DNA of 64,000 nt, taken from positions 12,883 to 76,882 of the forward strand of contig CAVYBZ010000025.1 of the NCBI GenBank assembly GCA_963766815.1, given 5' to 3'. The notes beneath the pieces were generated by a model, which worked only from the letters and a program-made list of their open reading frames with translations, searched no databases and was not told the DNA's origin. The position numbers and the translations under genes were made by a program. This document shows positions 41,574 through 50,801 of this stretch, piece after piece; the stretch's first letter is position 1, and every line of letters begins with the position of its first letter. Source of the DNA: an uncultured Alphaproteobacteria bacterium. Its GTDB lineage: Bacteria; Pseudomonadota; Alphaproteobacteria; Rhizobiales; Rhodomicrobiaceae.

Positions 41574-41786
41574 GCGGTTCCTCCAAAGCGGTCTCGGCGC
41601 GAACAGATGTGCCGTCCCGCCCCCGATTATGTGAAACGATGCGGGACGAAGTTCAAGCGGTCCCATGGGCGCAGGCTCCGGCGTCAACAAGCCGTGAACA
41701 AGCCGCCGGGGATCGAGGCAGCGGGGAAGGGCGGAAAGCGTCCCCCTGGAGGAGAATGCGCATGCGATTAAACCATGGAAATCGCG

Positions 41787-42437
41787 CTAAGATTTGCAGT
41801 GGATCGTGACGCGCTCCGCGAATCTCGAGCCGAGATTTGCGGATGGATCGATGTTCTCTCCGAGTTGAGACAAGGTTTCTTCCTTGCCCACCGGCCGGTC
41901 TCCGACATGCGCGGTGCAGGGCACGGGCTTCGCCGACGCGATCTTCACCGGCGACTTGCCCTCGAAGGCGAGCGACACATACATGCCGGGATCGTAGACA
42001 GCAAAGCTGAAGTCTGTGATCTTTGCGTAGGGAACCGGGGTTACAAGCGGCAGGGTGAAGTAAAGCGTCAGAAGCTTGTTCTTGTATTCGATGCGGTAAT
42101 CCGCCGGTTCTTTCAACGGAACTTTGGTCTTCCCGATGAAAGGAAATGTGAAGTAATCGAACTCCTTCAGCGCCTCCACATTCGTTTGCGCGAGCGGCCT
42201 AAGCTCCTCCTCGCTGTAAACGCCGTCGCCGTTCGTATCGAGCCCTTCGATCGCGAAGCTCGTGTACATCTCGTCGAACGTCCATTTGTGCTTGAAGCCA
42301 ACGATCTCTTTATTCGGGCCGAGGTCGACCTCGGTTTCCATCGTGACCCACACATGCGGGTGCGCGCAGGCGAGCCCGGCCGGCAGAGCGGCAAAAACAA
42401 CGATCAGGCCTAACCTTAGGAGCTGAAACAGTCTCAT
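41787..42437 (-). CDS. DUF1007 family periplasmic protein
   Basis: Signal peptide then AHPHVWV...WTFDEMYT...LYFTLPL...YDP. Confidence 0.85.
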   Translation of the reverse strand: MRLFQLLRLGLIVVFAALPAGLACAHPHVWVTMETEVDLGPNKEIVGFKHKWTFDEMYTSFAIEGLDTNGDGVYSEEELRPLAQTNVEALKEFDYFTFPFIGKTKVPLKEPADYRIEYKNKLLTLYFTLPLVTPVPYAKITDFSFAVYDPGMYVSLAFEGKSPVKIASAKPVPCTAHVGDRPVGKEETLSQLGENIDPSANLGSRFAERVTIHCKS

Positions 42438-42466
42438 GAGCCTTTTGTAGCCGGCGGGGCGGGAGT

Positions 42467-42564
42467 GCGTCCAGAAAAGCGTGAAGTGGTTTTTCGAAAA
42501 GACGCGCGATTAAACAAAAACTTAAATCCCGCTTTTTATTCCATCAAAAGCGGATACGCTCTAG
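42467..42564. repeat. Family A RIME/BRU-RS-like element (uninterrupted copy)
   Basis: GCGTCCAGAAAAGCGTGAAGTGGTTTTTCGAAAAGACGCGCG...GCTTTTTATTCCATCAAAAGCGGATACGCTCTAG. Confidence 0.7.
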
Positions 42565-42637
42565 CGCAAGACAAGGCTGCAATTCGGGCTTTTTTCCGCC
42601 TCGCCTTTAGCGGGTGGCGGCCCTGATTGCGCAACGT

Positions 42638-44287
42638 TTACTGCGAGACGGTCAACTCGATGAAGGCGGCGGCGGCTTTGGCGTTCACAAGGCCGTAGCC
42701 GAACAGGTCGTTTCTGCCTTCGCTTGAGACGCTGGCGGCCGTATTTTGCAGCGCCGCGCGAATTTCGGCCGGCGTCGCTTTCGGCCGTATTTCGACGAGC
42801 AGCGCAGCAATGCCGCTGACAGTCGCGGCGGCGAATGAGGTGCCGGAATCGGCGCCATACGCGTTATGGACATGCGCCACGATCACATCGACGCCGCGCG
42901 CCGAAACGGCGATGTGGGAGCCCCGATTCGCGGCGCCATAAAGCTCGCGCCTGGCGTCCGTCGCCGTAACAGCGATCACTTCAGGATAAGCGGCGGGATA
43001 AAGCGGGCCGGAGGAGGGGCCGGCATTTCCCGCGGCGCCGACAAGCACCAATCCATTCGTATAGGCTGCCTGGATCGCACGCTCGATCAAAGGATCGCTC
43101 GGGCCAGCGAAGCTTAAGTTCGCGACGCGCGCGCCTTGCCTTGCGGCCCAGTTCAGCGCGAGCGCAATCTCCCTGCTGGTCGCGACAGTCTCCTTCTCCT
43201 CTTCTGTCACAACGAAAGCGCGCGCCGAGATGATGGCCGCCGCCGCCGCCGAACCGTGGATATTTTCGTGGCCGCCGATCAAGCTGGCGACGGCGGTGCC
43301 GTGATTTTCCGCCTCGCAGCTTGCCGACCCCGAGGGCGTCGCGTCGAATACGGTCTGCACCGAGCCTTGCAGTTCCGAATGGTCGCGGTCGACACAGGTG
43401 TCAATGATGGCGACCTTGATGCCTTCTCCCCTTGGCAGGGCGCCATCCGGGGTGCTCGGCAAGGCGGCCTTGCTGTAGCCCGCGGCGCTGCGCCCCGCGT
43501 CGCCCTGCACGGGGGCGTAAACGTAATTAGGCTGTGCGCTGATGACGCGGCTGTCTTGAAGGAGTTGCTGCAAGACCGCGCCGAGGTCCTGTCCGCGGAT
43601 CAGCGTCAGATGCCAGATGCGAGCGTTGATGAGTTCGATCACGCCAAGCTCGCGCACCTCGGCGCCATACTCGTTGGCCAGAGCCTGCTTCAACTCGTCC
43701 GCGCTGTCGTTTGGAACTTCGATAAGAAGCTCCCGGGCGCGATGGCGCTTATTATTGAGAAGGGCTGCTGCGGCTGCGGACGGCGACTGGCCCTGGTCGC
43801 GCAAAAAACGTGGCGCTATCGGCGGACGCCCTCCGCCTGCGATAGCGAGCGGGAGTGCGCCAACGCCGCCAATGGCGACGATGGGCGCCGGAGGCGTAGG
43901 TTTGCGGATGGGCCACCATATCTGGCCGGGGGGTGGAGGCGTAGGTTCGCGGCGCTGCCATCCTGCCTGGGAGGGTGGAGGCGTAGGCTCACGGCGCGGC
44001 CACCTTGCATGGGTGGACGGTAAAGGCGTTGGCTTGCGGAACCGCCACCTATTCGAGGAGGCCCGTTGATCGCGGCTAGCCCTGGAAGGCCGGGCGCGCA
44101 ATCGGGCTCGCCCGAAATAGCCGCTCTGCCGGCGCCCGCTATGCCTTCCGAAACTGCCGCCGCCGTGGCCTCCTCCGAAGCCATGAAAGCCACGGGAGTA
44201 ACTGGGAGCGCTCGGCGCCGCGCACACAAACAGCAACGCGGCGAGAAATAAGATGACGGCCCAGCCATGCCCATGGCTCAGTTTCAT
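42638..44287 (-). CDS. Secreted S8 (subtilisin-like) serine peptidase with Gly-rich and Pro-rich N-terminal region
   Basis: Catalytic triad AIIDT, NHGTAVA, GTSFAA; oxyanion Asn in AAGNAG; signal peptide; four W-x-R-(K/E)PTP-P repeats. Confidence 0.9.
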   Translation of the reverse strand: MKLSHGHGWAVILFLAALLFVCAAPSAPSYSRGFHGFGGGHGGGSFGRHSGRRQSGYFGRARLRARPSRASRDQRASSNRWRFRKPTPLPSTHARWPRREPTPPPSQAGWQRREPTPPPPGQIWWPIRKPTPPAPIVAIGGVGALPLAIAGGGRPPIAPRFLRDQGQSPSAAAAALLNNKRHRARELLIEVPNDSADELKQALANEYGAEVRELGVIELINARIWHLTLIRGQDLGAVLQQLLQDSRVISAQPNYVYAPVQGDAGRSAAGYSKAALPSTPDGALPRGEGIKVAIIDTCVDRDHSELQGSVQTVFDATPSGSASCEAENHGTAVASLIGGHENIHGSAAAAAIISARAFVVTEEEKETVATSREIALALNWAARQGARVANLSFAGPSDPLIERAIQAAYTNGLVLVGAAGNAGPSSGPLYPAAYPEVIAVTATDARRELYGAANRGSHIAVSARGVDVIVAHVHNAYGADSGTSFAAATVSGIAALLVEIRPKATPAEIRAALQNTAASVSSEGRNDLFGYGLVNAKAAAAFIELTVSQ

Positions 44288-44311
44288 GACCCGTACCTCC
44301 CAGGAAATTCG

Positions 44312-45007
44312 CTATTTCTCCGGCAGCACAAGCTTTACAACTGCCGAAGATCGCAATTTCTTGTAAGCGCCTTCTTTGGATTCGACATTATCATCGCGCA
44401 GGCTGAGGTGGTAGACCATATCGGCGTTCGGTCCATCGGCGATAGTTAAGCCGGCGCCGTCGAGAAGCGCGTTAACCTCACCCATCGTGGCTGTTTGCGA
44501 GAACGAGACGATGAATGCCGGCTTTATGGCCGCAACCTTCTTCGGCCCTGAAGCCGTGCCATATTTTGCCGGTTCGCCGCCGCTATTGGCCAGATAGGCG
44601 ATGGCGCCCGCCTGAATGATGCAAACGGCCACAGCCGCCGCGGCGACGCCTTGCCATTGCGGCGCCGAAAGGCCGGCGAAAAAGCCTGAGAGCGAGGTCT
44701 TCACTCCTTCGATGAAACCTGCCCGGCGGACGCTCGCTTGCACGCGCTTTTCGTTTTCGATGGACCGCTCAATGCGCTCCCACACAGCGGGCGAAGGCTT
44801 GCCCAAAGCTTCGTTCACGGCGGTGGCGGCTTCCGCCTCGCGTTTCGCCTCCTCGATCAGGAGGGCGAATTCCGGATCTTCTTTCGCAAGCTCCTCCAAC
44901 TCGCGAGATTCCGCTTCACCGAGATTGCCGGCCGCATACCAGGGCGCAAGGAGATGTGCTTCGCTCATGTCCGGCGGACCGCCTTTATTTTCCGTAGCCG
45001 AAGGCAT
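44312..45007 (-). CDS. Putative single-pass anti-sigma factor
   Basis: N-terminal ASD-like LAPWYAAGNL motif, TM WQGVAAAAVAVCIIQAGAIAYL, small periplasmic domain; overlaps the end of the ECF sigma gene. Confidence 0.75.
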   Translation of the reverse strand: MPSATENKGGPPDMSEAHLLAPWYAAGNLGEAESRELEELAKEDPEFALLIEEAKREAEAATAVNEALGKPSPAVWERIERSIENEKRVQASVRRAGFIEGVKTSLSGFFAGLSAPQWQGVAAAAVAVCIIQAGAIAYLANSGGEPAKYGTASGPKKVAAIKPAFIVSFSQTATMGEVNALLDGAGLTIADGPNADMVYHLSLRDDNVESKEGAYKKLRSSAVVKLVLPEK

Positions 45008-45548
45008 TTGTCTGATCTCCCAATGCTAGAAGCATCTCTTTCAATTTCTTGCGGGCGTAGAACATCCGCGTCTTGACCGTCGCCTCGGGGATGTCGAGGA
45101 TCTCGCTCACCTCTTTCACGGATTTATCGTGATAGTAGACGAGGTCGATAATCTCCCGGTGCTCCTGAGAAAGAGCTGTCAAACACTCCCGCATATAGTC
45201 GCTCGAACTGGCCTTTATTACAGTAGCCTCGGGGCTCGGCTCTGCGCGCGCGGGCAAGTCGTGCTCGGTCAGCGTTCTTTGCTTCCGTCTCGAATCGAGA
45301 GCCTTGTACCTTGCTATGGACAAGATCCAGGTCGCCACCGAAGACCGGGCTTCGAACCGCTTTGCGCTATTCCAAACCTCCAGGAATACATCGTGTGTCA
45401 GATCCTCCGCGGCGGATCTGTTTGCCGTGAGCCTCAACAGAAACTTGAATGTCCGGCCGCTATGCCGGGTGTAAAGCGTTTCGAGCCCGCGCTTGTCGCC
45501 ATCGGCGACTCGCTTGAGCAAATCGATGTCAGAGAGCGGCTCGGACAT
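44985..45548 (-). CDS. ECF sigma-70 factor
   Basis: 187 aa; region 2 AEDLTHDVFLEVW...WILSIARYKALD; region 4 LSQEHREIIDLVYY...TVKTRMFYARKKL. Confidence 0.93.
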   Translation of the reverse strand: MSEPLSDIDLLKRVADGDKRGLETLYTRHSGRTFKFLLRLTANRSAAEDLTHDVFLEVWNSAKRFEARSSVATWILSIARYKALDSRRKQRTLTEHDLPARAEPSPEATVIKASSSDYMRECLTALSQEHREIIDLVYYHDKSVKEVSEILDIPEATVKTRMFYARKKLKEMLLALGDQTNAFGYGK

Positions 45549-45570
45549 TCAACTTCCCCGTCTCAAAGGA

Positions 45571-45597
45571 TTAGTGGGGCGGCGAGCAAAAAGGTTC
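45571..45597 (-). promoter_or_regulatory. Putative ECF-type autoregulatory promoter
   Basis: On the minus strand GAACCT-N16-ACTAA, just upstream of the sigma ATG; resembles the RpoE-type GAACTT-N16-TCTAA consensus. Confidence 0.45.
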
Positions 45598-45804
45598 AAA
45601 CGATTTTGCCGTGCGCTCTGGACTTCATGCGCAGTTCGCGACAGATGCACATTTATATATCCGGGAAGATACCGGAAAAGCAAAAGCGCCAAAGCGAAAA
45701 GAATGGCACGCAGCGGCTCTATCAGTAACGGCGTTAATGAACGTTACCTGGCTTTCTTCTATTGTGAAAAGTGCTAGACAGAGAATCGAAGTAAGCTGGA
45801 CGCG

Positions 45805-46311
45805 ATGGAGACGGCAATGACCGGGAACTTTCGTAAAGCCATAATCATCGCCGCCGCAGCTTGCGCGGCGGCCGCTGTCTCCGCTGCGAGCGCTCAGGAC
45901 GCCATCGAGGCCGGGCAATTGACCTGCGGCGTCAAAGGCGGGGTGGGCTTTATCTTCGGCTCCACAAAAGAGTTGCGCTGCCTTTTTCGCTCGACGCCCA
46001 ATGACCCGGGCGAGCGCTATGAAGGGAAAATCGAAAAATTCGGCCTCGATGTCGGCATCACTGACAATGCGCTTTTGACCTGGACAGTGCTTGCCCCGAC
46101 AAATCGCATCGCCGCTGGGGCCTTGGCCGGCAGGTATGCAGGCGTTGCGGCTGACGCGTCGATTGGCGTGGGCGGCGGCGCGAATGTGCTTGTGGGCGGG
46201 TCGAGCAACACCGTCTCGCTGCAGCCTGTCAGCGTTCAAGGTCAAACCGGGCTAAATGCGGCTCTGGGCGTCGCCTCGGTCGAACTGCTGCCGTTCTACG
46301 AGGACAAATGA
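45805..46311 (+). CDS. DUF992 family secreted protein
   Basis: Signal peptide; GQLTC...GFIFGS.KEL.C.F...YEGKIEKFGLDVG...GGGANVLVGGS..TVSLQPVSVQGQTGLN. Confidence 0.88.
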   Translation: METAMTGNFRKAIIIAAAACAAAAVSAASAQDAIEAGQLTCGVKGGVGFIFGSTKELRCLFRSTPNDPGERYEGKIEKFGLDVGITDNALLTWTVLAPTNRIAAGALAGRYAGVAADASIGVGGGANVLVGGSSNTVSLQPVSVQGQTGLNAALGVASVELLPFYEDK

Positions 46312-46619
46312 TGGAGCGCCTGAAAACCCGCCCGATGCGAAACACAAGAGCCGCCGCCTGTCTCGTCGCGATGTGCGGTCTCATCGGTCAGGCGGCAGGC
46401 TTTTCGGAATGCGCCGATAGCCGATGCGCTCAAATCCGTCGCATTCCGCCGCCGCAAACCCACAAGGGAAGCCATAATGCGCGCGGGCAAGCTTACGGCT
46501 GCGAGGCGCCTCCCGGATGGGGATGGTATCGCCGTCAAAAACTCTATCACGATTGCAGCCAGCCTCTCGTCGTTCTCGACGAACTTGGCGAGGCCGTCTC
46601 CGTCAACCGGAACTGGTGA
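46308..46619 (+). CDS. Small Cys-containing hypothetical protein, possibly secreted
   Basis: Overlaps the DUF992 stop; hydrophobic N-terminal stretch; no family recognised. Confidence 0.4.
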   Translation: MMERLKTRPMRNTRAAACLVAMCGLIGQAAGFSECADSRCAQIRRIPPPQTHKGSHNARGQAYGCEAPPGWGWYRRQKLYHDCSQPLVVLDELGEAVSVNRNW

Positions 46620-46656
46620 AGGCCTCGGCCGGATCGTCAAGTTTTATTAGGCGGGC

Positions 46657-46848
46657 CTACTCGGCGGCGGTCGCAAGGTTCGCCGAGGGATTTCGCGTAT
46701 CTCCGCGCTTATTCTGACGCCTGACATAGGTCAAGGTTAAATCCGGCTGCTGTGTCTTGGCCTTCAGCGCGGCGATAAGCGCGTCCTCGGCGCAGACAGT
46801 AAGGTGGCCGCTTTTACCCCTGAGCTTAAACCCAACGATATACTGCAT
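46657..46848 (-). CDS. Small hypothetical protein (63 aa)
   Basis: AGGAG RBS before ATG 46848; MQYIVGFKLRGKSGHLTV.AEDALIAALKAK. Confidence 0.6.
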   Translation of the reverse strand: MQYIVGFKLRGKSGHLTVCAEDALIAALKAKTQQPDLTLTYVRRQNKRGDTRNPSANLATAAE

Positions 46849-46947
46849 GAGCGCTCCTCTCTTTCCCCCAACTCTAGAGTGTAGCAAGCCTTCCAGGATG
46901 CTCTAAGCGTAAAAACCTGGTATTTTGAATACAACACCTAGAATTGC

Positions 46948-47040
46948 TGTTATAATGGTGGAGGTGACGCTCCCGTACCCCCGCAACGGGGGCGTCACGC
47001 CCTTGAGCGAATGCGCTTTTGATGGAATCAAAAGCCGGCT
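46948..47040 (+). ncRNA. Candidate small RNA
   Basis: Perfect extended -10 TGTTATAAT (46948-46956) followed by a 13-bp hairpin GTGACGCTCCCGT/ACGGGGGCGTCAC (46964-46998); no convincing ORF follows. Confidence 0.35.
47002..47035. repeat. Partial family A element (terminal palindrome, inverted)
   Basis: GAGCGAATGCGCTTTTGATGGAATCAAAAGC matches the reverse complement of the element end at 40390-40422 and 42530-42564. Confidence 0.6.
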
Positions 47041-47112
47041 CCTGATGAACTGGCCTAATTATGTTTGGAGCGATTGCGCGATTGGCGTCCCTTCTCCGAG
47101 CCAGCTGCAATT

Positions 47113-48675
47113 TCACAAGCTTTGGGGCAGGTGTTTCCTGAGCTCGGACCGCTTCACCTTCCCGTTCGCGGTTTTCGGCAGGCTTTGGACAAAAACATAT
47201 TCTTTGGGGCGCTTGTAGGCGGCAAGCGTCGTGCTAGCGAATGCCGCGAGATCCGCCCCGACGCCGCTCTTGTTTCCATCGTGCGCCACAATGAACGCCG
47301 CGATGATCGAGACGCCATCGCGGACAGCGACCTCGGCCACAGCGGCTTCGGCCACGTTGGGATGTTTCGCAAGCTCCTGTTCGACTTCGGCGGGTGAAAC
47401 GCGGTACCCTCCGGCGTTCATCAGGTCGTTGTGCCGGCCGAGATGGGTTACATAGCCTTCCTCGTCCATGACGCCTGCGTCGCCGCCAAGAAACCACTCG
47501 CCGCGCAACACCTCCGCCTCCTCCTCCGGCCTGCGCCAATAGCCGAGCATCAAGCCTGGATCGCTTCGATGAACCGCGATCAGCCCTTCCACGCCTGCTG
47601 GAAGCGGCTCCTCGCCGCCATTCTCGTCCAAAATCGCGATTGAACGGCCCGGCTGCGGCCGTCCGGCAGTTCCGGGCTTCCTCGGCACGGCGGGCGCGCT
47701 CGACAGGAAGGTCGATATCTCGCTCTGGCCGAGAGCTTCGTAGAGCCGCGTGCGAGCTTTATCTTGCCATTCTTCCGCGACCGCGTTCGGGAGAGCTTCG
47801 CCTGCCGTGAGGCCATGGCGCAGAGATGGAAGCTTGGCGCGCCCAAGATTGCCGTATTTCAATATTTGCCGGTAAACGCCTGGGACGGCAGCGAAGATGG
47901 TGACATCGAAAGACCGCATAAGTTGCGGCCAGACGCCTGGGTCTTTTTCTCCCGTGTAGACGATGGAGGTCGCCCCATTCGCCCAAGGGTCGGTAAGCCC
48001 CGTGCCCATCGTATAGGTCCAGTTGAAGCTTCCTGCGTGCATCAGCCTGTCATGCGGGTTTATGCCATACCAACCCTGATACATGGGCCGCCGCCCCCAG
48101 GCGCTGCGATGGGCATGCAGCACGCCTTTTGGGTTCGCCGTCGTGCCGGAGGTGTAAATCAGGAACGCAGGATCGTCGGCGCCGGTGTGGGCGTATTGCG
48201 CCATCGGTCCGGTCTCGATGACGACCGCAAAAGCCTTTTCAGGGATGATGACAAGACCGGGAGGGAAGGAGCCGTGGGGCAAGCTGTCATCGAGGACGAT
48301 GGCCGCGGCTTCGCTGTCCTCCAGCATGAAGCTCAGCTCGCGCTCTGTGAGGTCCGGAGATGCGGGGACCGGAACGAAGCCGCCCGCGATGGCGCCGAAA
48401 AACGCGAGAGCGTAGCTGGTTCGATTGCGCAACCGGATGAGAATCCGGCAGCCGGCATGCAATTTGTATTTGGCCCGGAAAGCGCAAGCCGCCCGGAGCA
48501 CCGATTGCTCTAAGGCGCAGTATCTCCAAGCTTCCACATCGCGCCCGCCTGGATCGTGGACCACAAGCAGGGCCGGCTTGTGCCCTGCCGGACGCGCGGC
48601 GCGGAGGCAATATCGCGCCATGTTGAATGCTTGCGCCGGACGCTCGCCGGAATATGCAAATTTACCGTTGTTCAC
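47113..48675 (-). CDS. AMP-binding acyl-CoA synthetase family protein
   Basis: LIYTSGTTANPKG, YEALGQSE, GDAG, GYRVSPAEVE, LPKTANGK; start uncertain (GTG 48675 or ATG 48621). Confidence 0.9.
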   Translation of the reverse strand: MNNGKFAYSGERPAQAFNMARYCLRAARPAGHKPALLVVHDPGGRDVEAWRYCALEQSVLRAACAFRAKYKLHAGCRILIRLRNRTSYALAFFGAIAGGFVPVPASPDLTERELSFMLEDSEAAAIVLDDSLPHGSFPPGLVIIPEKAFAVVIETGPMAQYAHTGADDPAFLIYTSGTTANPKGVLHAHRSAWGRRPMYQGWYGINPHDRLMHAGSFNWTYTMGTGLTDPWANGATSIVYTGEKDPGVWPQLMRSFDVTIFAAVPGVYRQILKYGNLGRAKLPSLRHGLTAGEALPNAVAEEWQDKARTRLYEALGQSEISTFLSSAPAVPRKPGTAGRPQPGRSIAILDENGGEEPLPAGVEGLIAVHRSDPGLMLGYWRRPEEEAEVLRGEWFLGGDAGVMDEEGYVTHLGRHNDLMNAGGYRVSPAEVEQELAKHPNVAEAAVAEVAVRDGVSIIAAFIVAHDGNKSGVGADLAAFASTTLAAYKRPKEYVFVQSLPKTANGKVKRSELRKHLPQSL

Positions 48676-50680
48676 TGCCTTCCTTGAGACCTTGTGATGC
48701 GGCGCTTTTTGCGTTGTCCACCCACCAAGTTTCAATTCTCGCGCCGTAAAGCGTCGATAATGGCGGCTGGCGCAGAAAGGACCACGCTGCGATCCACTGC
48801 TTAGGCGCATGATATAACGGAATGCCGTAACGGCCCGAGAGCAAAATCCGATCCAGCGCGCGCACGGCGGAGACAAAGCCTGCCCGTGTCCTCGCTGAAA
48901 GCAAGGCGGCGATCATTGTGTCTGCGCCAGCGCTCTGAACTCCGGCGTAATTGAAGCTTCCCTCCTGAGAGGCCGATTCACGAGACCACCGAAAACTTTG
49001 CTCATTGCCGGGCGAAAGCGAGGAGCCCCAATTCGCTTGCATCATATCGAAGTCGAAAGTCGTGCTTCGCCTCTGAAACTGCGCCGAGTCGATGAATTTG
49101 ACCTGCGCCGTGACGCCAATCTGAGCAAGAAATCGGGAATAGGCGAGCATCAGGCGCTCTTGCTCGTGAGATACGCAGATCATCTCGAACGTAAAGGGCT
49201 GCCCAGTCGCCTTGCTGGTCATGACGCCCGCTCTAAGCTCGAAGCCGGCTTCTTCCAGGAGAGCGATCGCGCGCTTGCGGCCGTCCCGGTTGGTTCCGGA
49301 ACCGTCGGTCACAGGCTGGCTGAACTCCCCTTCCATAACCCCGGGCGCGAGTTCCTTTGCGAAAGGCTCAAGAAGCGCCCGCTCCCGTCCATCGGCGGCG
49401 CGTCCATGCGATGAAAGTTCGGAACGGTCGAAAAAGCTCTCGGTGCGGGCATAAAGTCCGCGAAATAGCGTCTTATTCAGCCATTCGAAGTCGAAAGCCA
49501 GCGTCAGGGCTTCTCGCACGCGCTCATCGGAAAACGGCGGCCGCCTGGTATTGAACACGAGCGCCGACATGGGCGCTGGCACGCCAACGTCGAATTCGAG
49601 CTTCCGGACAAGACCTTCGCGCACGGCGGGGAAATCATACGCATCCGCCCACTTCACGGCGTCGATGGGATCGCTGTCGCCTTCAAGATCGAAGAGCCCC
49701 TTGCGGAAGGCCTCCATCATGGCCGTTCTGTCACGATAGTAATCGATGCGGATAGCGTCGAAATTGAATTGTCCGCGCATGATCGGGAGATCGCGGCCCC
49801 AATAACCCGGGTTCCGGCGAAATGTAATGCTTGCGCCAGGATCGACCTCCCCGACAACGTAGGGGCCGCTCGCGACCGGCTTCTCGAAGCTCGTCTTATC
49901 GAAATTATCCGCAGTCATCGCATGCCGGGGCAAAACCGGCATAAGACCCATAATGAGGGGCATTTCACGGTCGCCGGCTTCTTCGAACGTAAACTTCACG
50001 CCGCGTTCGCCCACCTTTTCCGCAGTGGCGACTTTGCCATAATAGAGGCGGTGGTTGGGGCGGCCTTTGCTTTTCAACAGCGACCAGGAAAAAAGCACAT
50101 CCTCTGGCGTGATTGGCGTCCCATCGGCGAAGCGCGCCTCGGAGCGAAGCTGGAAGCTCACCCAGCTGCGGTCTTCGGGCGCCTCAACGCTCTCCGCGAC
50201 AAGTCCATAAAGCGAAAAGGGCTCATCGTAGCTGCGGGCGAGAAGCGTCTCGTAGACGTAGTCCCTCATGCCCGCGACAGGGGCGCCTTTCACGATGAAC
50301 GGATTGAGGCTGTCGAACGAGCCAAGCACCGCAAGACGTAAGGTCCCGCCCTTCGGCGCATTCGGGTTAACATAATTTAAGTGTGGAAAGGCTGCCCCAT
50401 ATTTGGGCTCGCCGTGCATGGCGATGCCGGCCTGCGGGGACGCGCCGGCCGCCGATCCCATCGAAAGCGCGCCTATGATCGCGATCTTGGCCAAAATGCC
50501 CAATCGGTTCCCCGATCTCGCCTTCAGAGCCAAAAGCTTCAATGATCCACACGCCAAACGAGCGAGCCCTTTCTCTTTCTTCCGATGCCGGAACTCCGCT
50601 CTAAGCCCGGAAACCCTCAAAATGATGGCGAGCGGGCAACTCGTCACCAAGAAAGGTTGGCGGCTATCCGAGTGTTTCAC
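48662..50680 (-). CDS. ABC transporter extracellular solute-binding protein, family 5 (YejA-like)
   Basis: GIAMHGEPKY...YVNPNAPKGG...SFDSLNPFI...PVASGPY; the true start is probably downstream of 50680. Confidence 0.88.
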   Translation of the reverse strand: MKHSDSRQPFLVTSCPLAIILRVSGLRAEFRHRKKEKGLARLACGSLKLLALKARSGNRLGILAKIAIIGALSMGSAAGASPQAGIAMHGEPKYGAAFPHLNYVNPNAPKGGTLRLAVLGSFDSLNPFIVKGAPVAGMRDYVYETLLARSYDEPFSLYGLVAESVEAPEDRSWVSFQLRSEARFADGTPITPEDVLFSWSLLKSKGRPNHRLYYGKVATAEKVGERGVKFTFEEAGDREMPLIMGLMPVLPRHAMTADNFDKTSFEKPVASGPYVVGEVDPGASITFRRNPGYWGRDLPIMRGQFNFDAIRIDYYRDRTAMMEAFRKGLFDLEGDSDPIDAVKWADAYDFPAVREGLVRKLEFDVGVPAPMSALVFNTRRPPFSDERVREALTLAFDFEWLNKTLFRGLYARTESFFDRSELSSHGRAADGRERALLEPFAKELAPGVMEGEFSQPVTDGSGTNRDGRKRAIALLEEAGFELRAGVMTSKATGQPFTFEMICVSHEQERLMLAYSRFLAQIGVTAQVKFIDSAQFQRRSTTFDFDMMQANWGSSLSPGNEQSFRWSRESASQEGSFNYAGVQSAGADTMIAALLSARTRAGFVSAVRALDRILLSGRYGIPLYHAPKQWIAAWSFLRQPPLSTLYGARIETWWVDNAKSAASQGLKEGSEQR

Positions 50681-50801
50681 AACCTTGTGAAACTGTCACG
50701 GGAAAGCCGCAATTCCGAGTATGCAAGCAGTGGTGACGGTCCTAAGCAGAGGGCCAGAGGAATTAGGACGGCCAACGCGATTCGGTGAAAGGTTCGGTTT
50801 A

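Noticed and set aside
42510-42525. TTAA-N8-TTAA as a CtrA site
   Set aside because: The spacing is 8 rather than 7, and it lies inside a repeat element.
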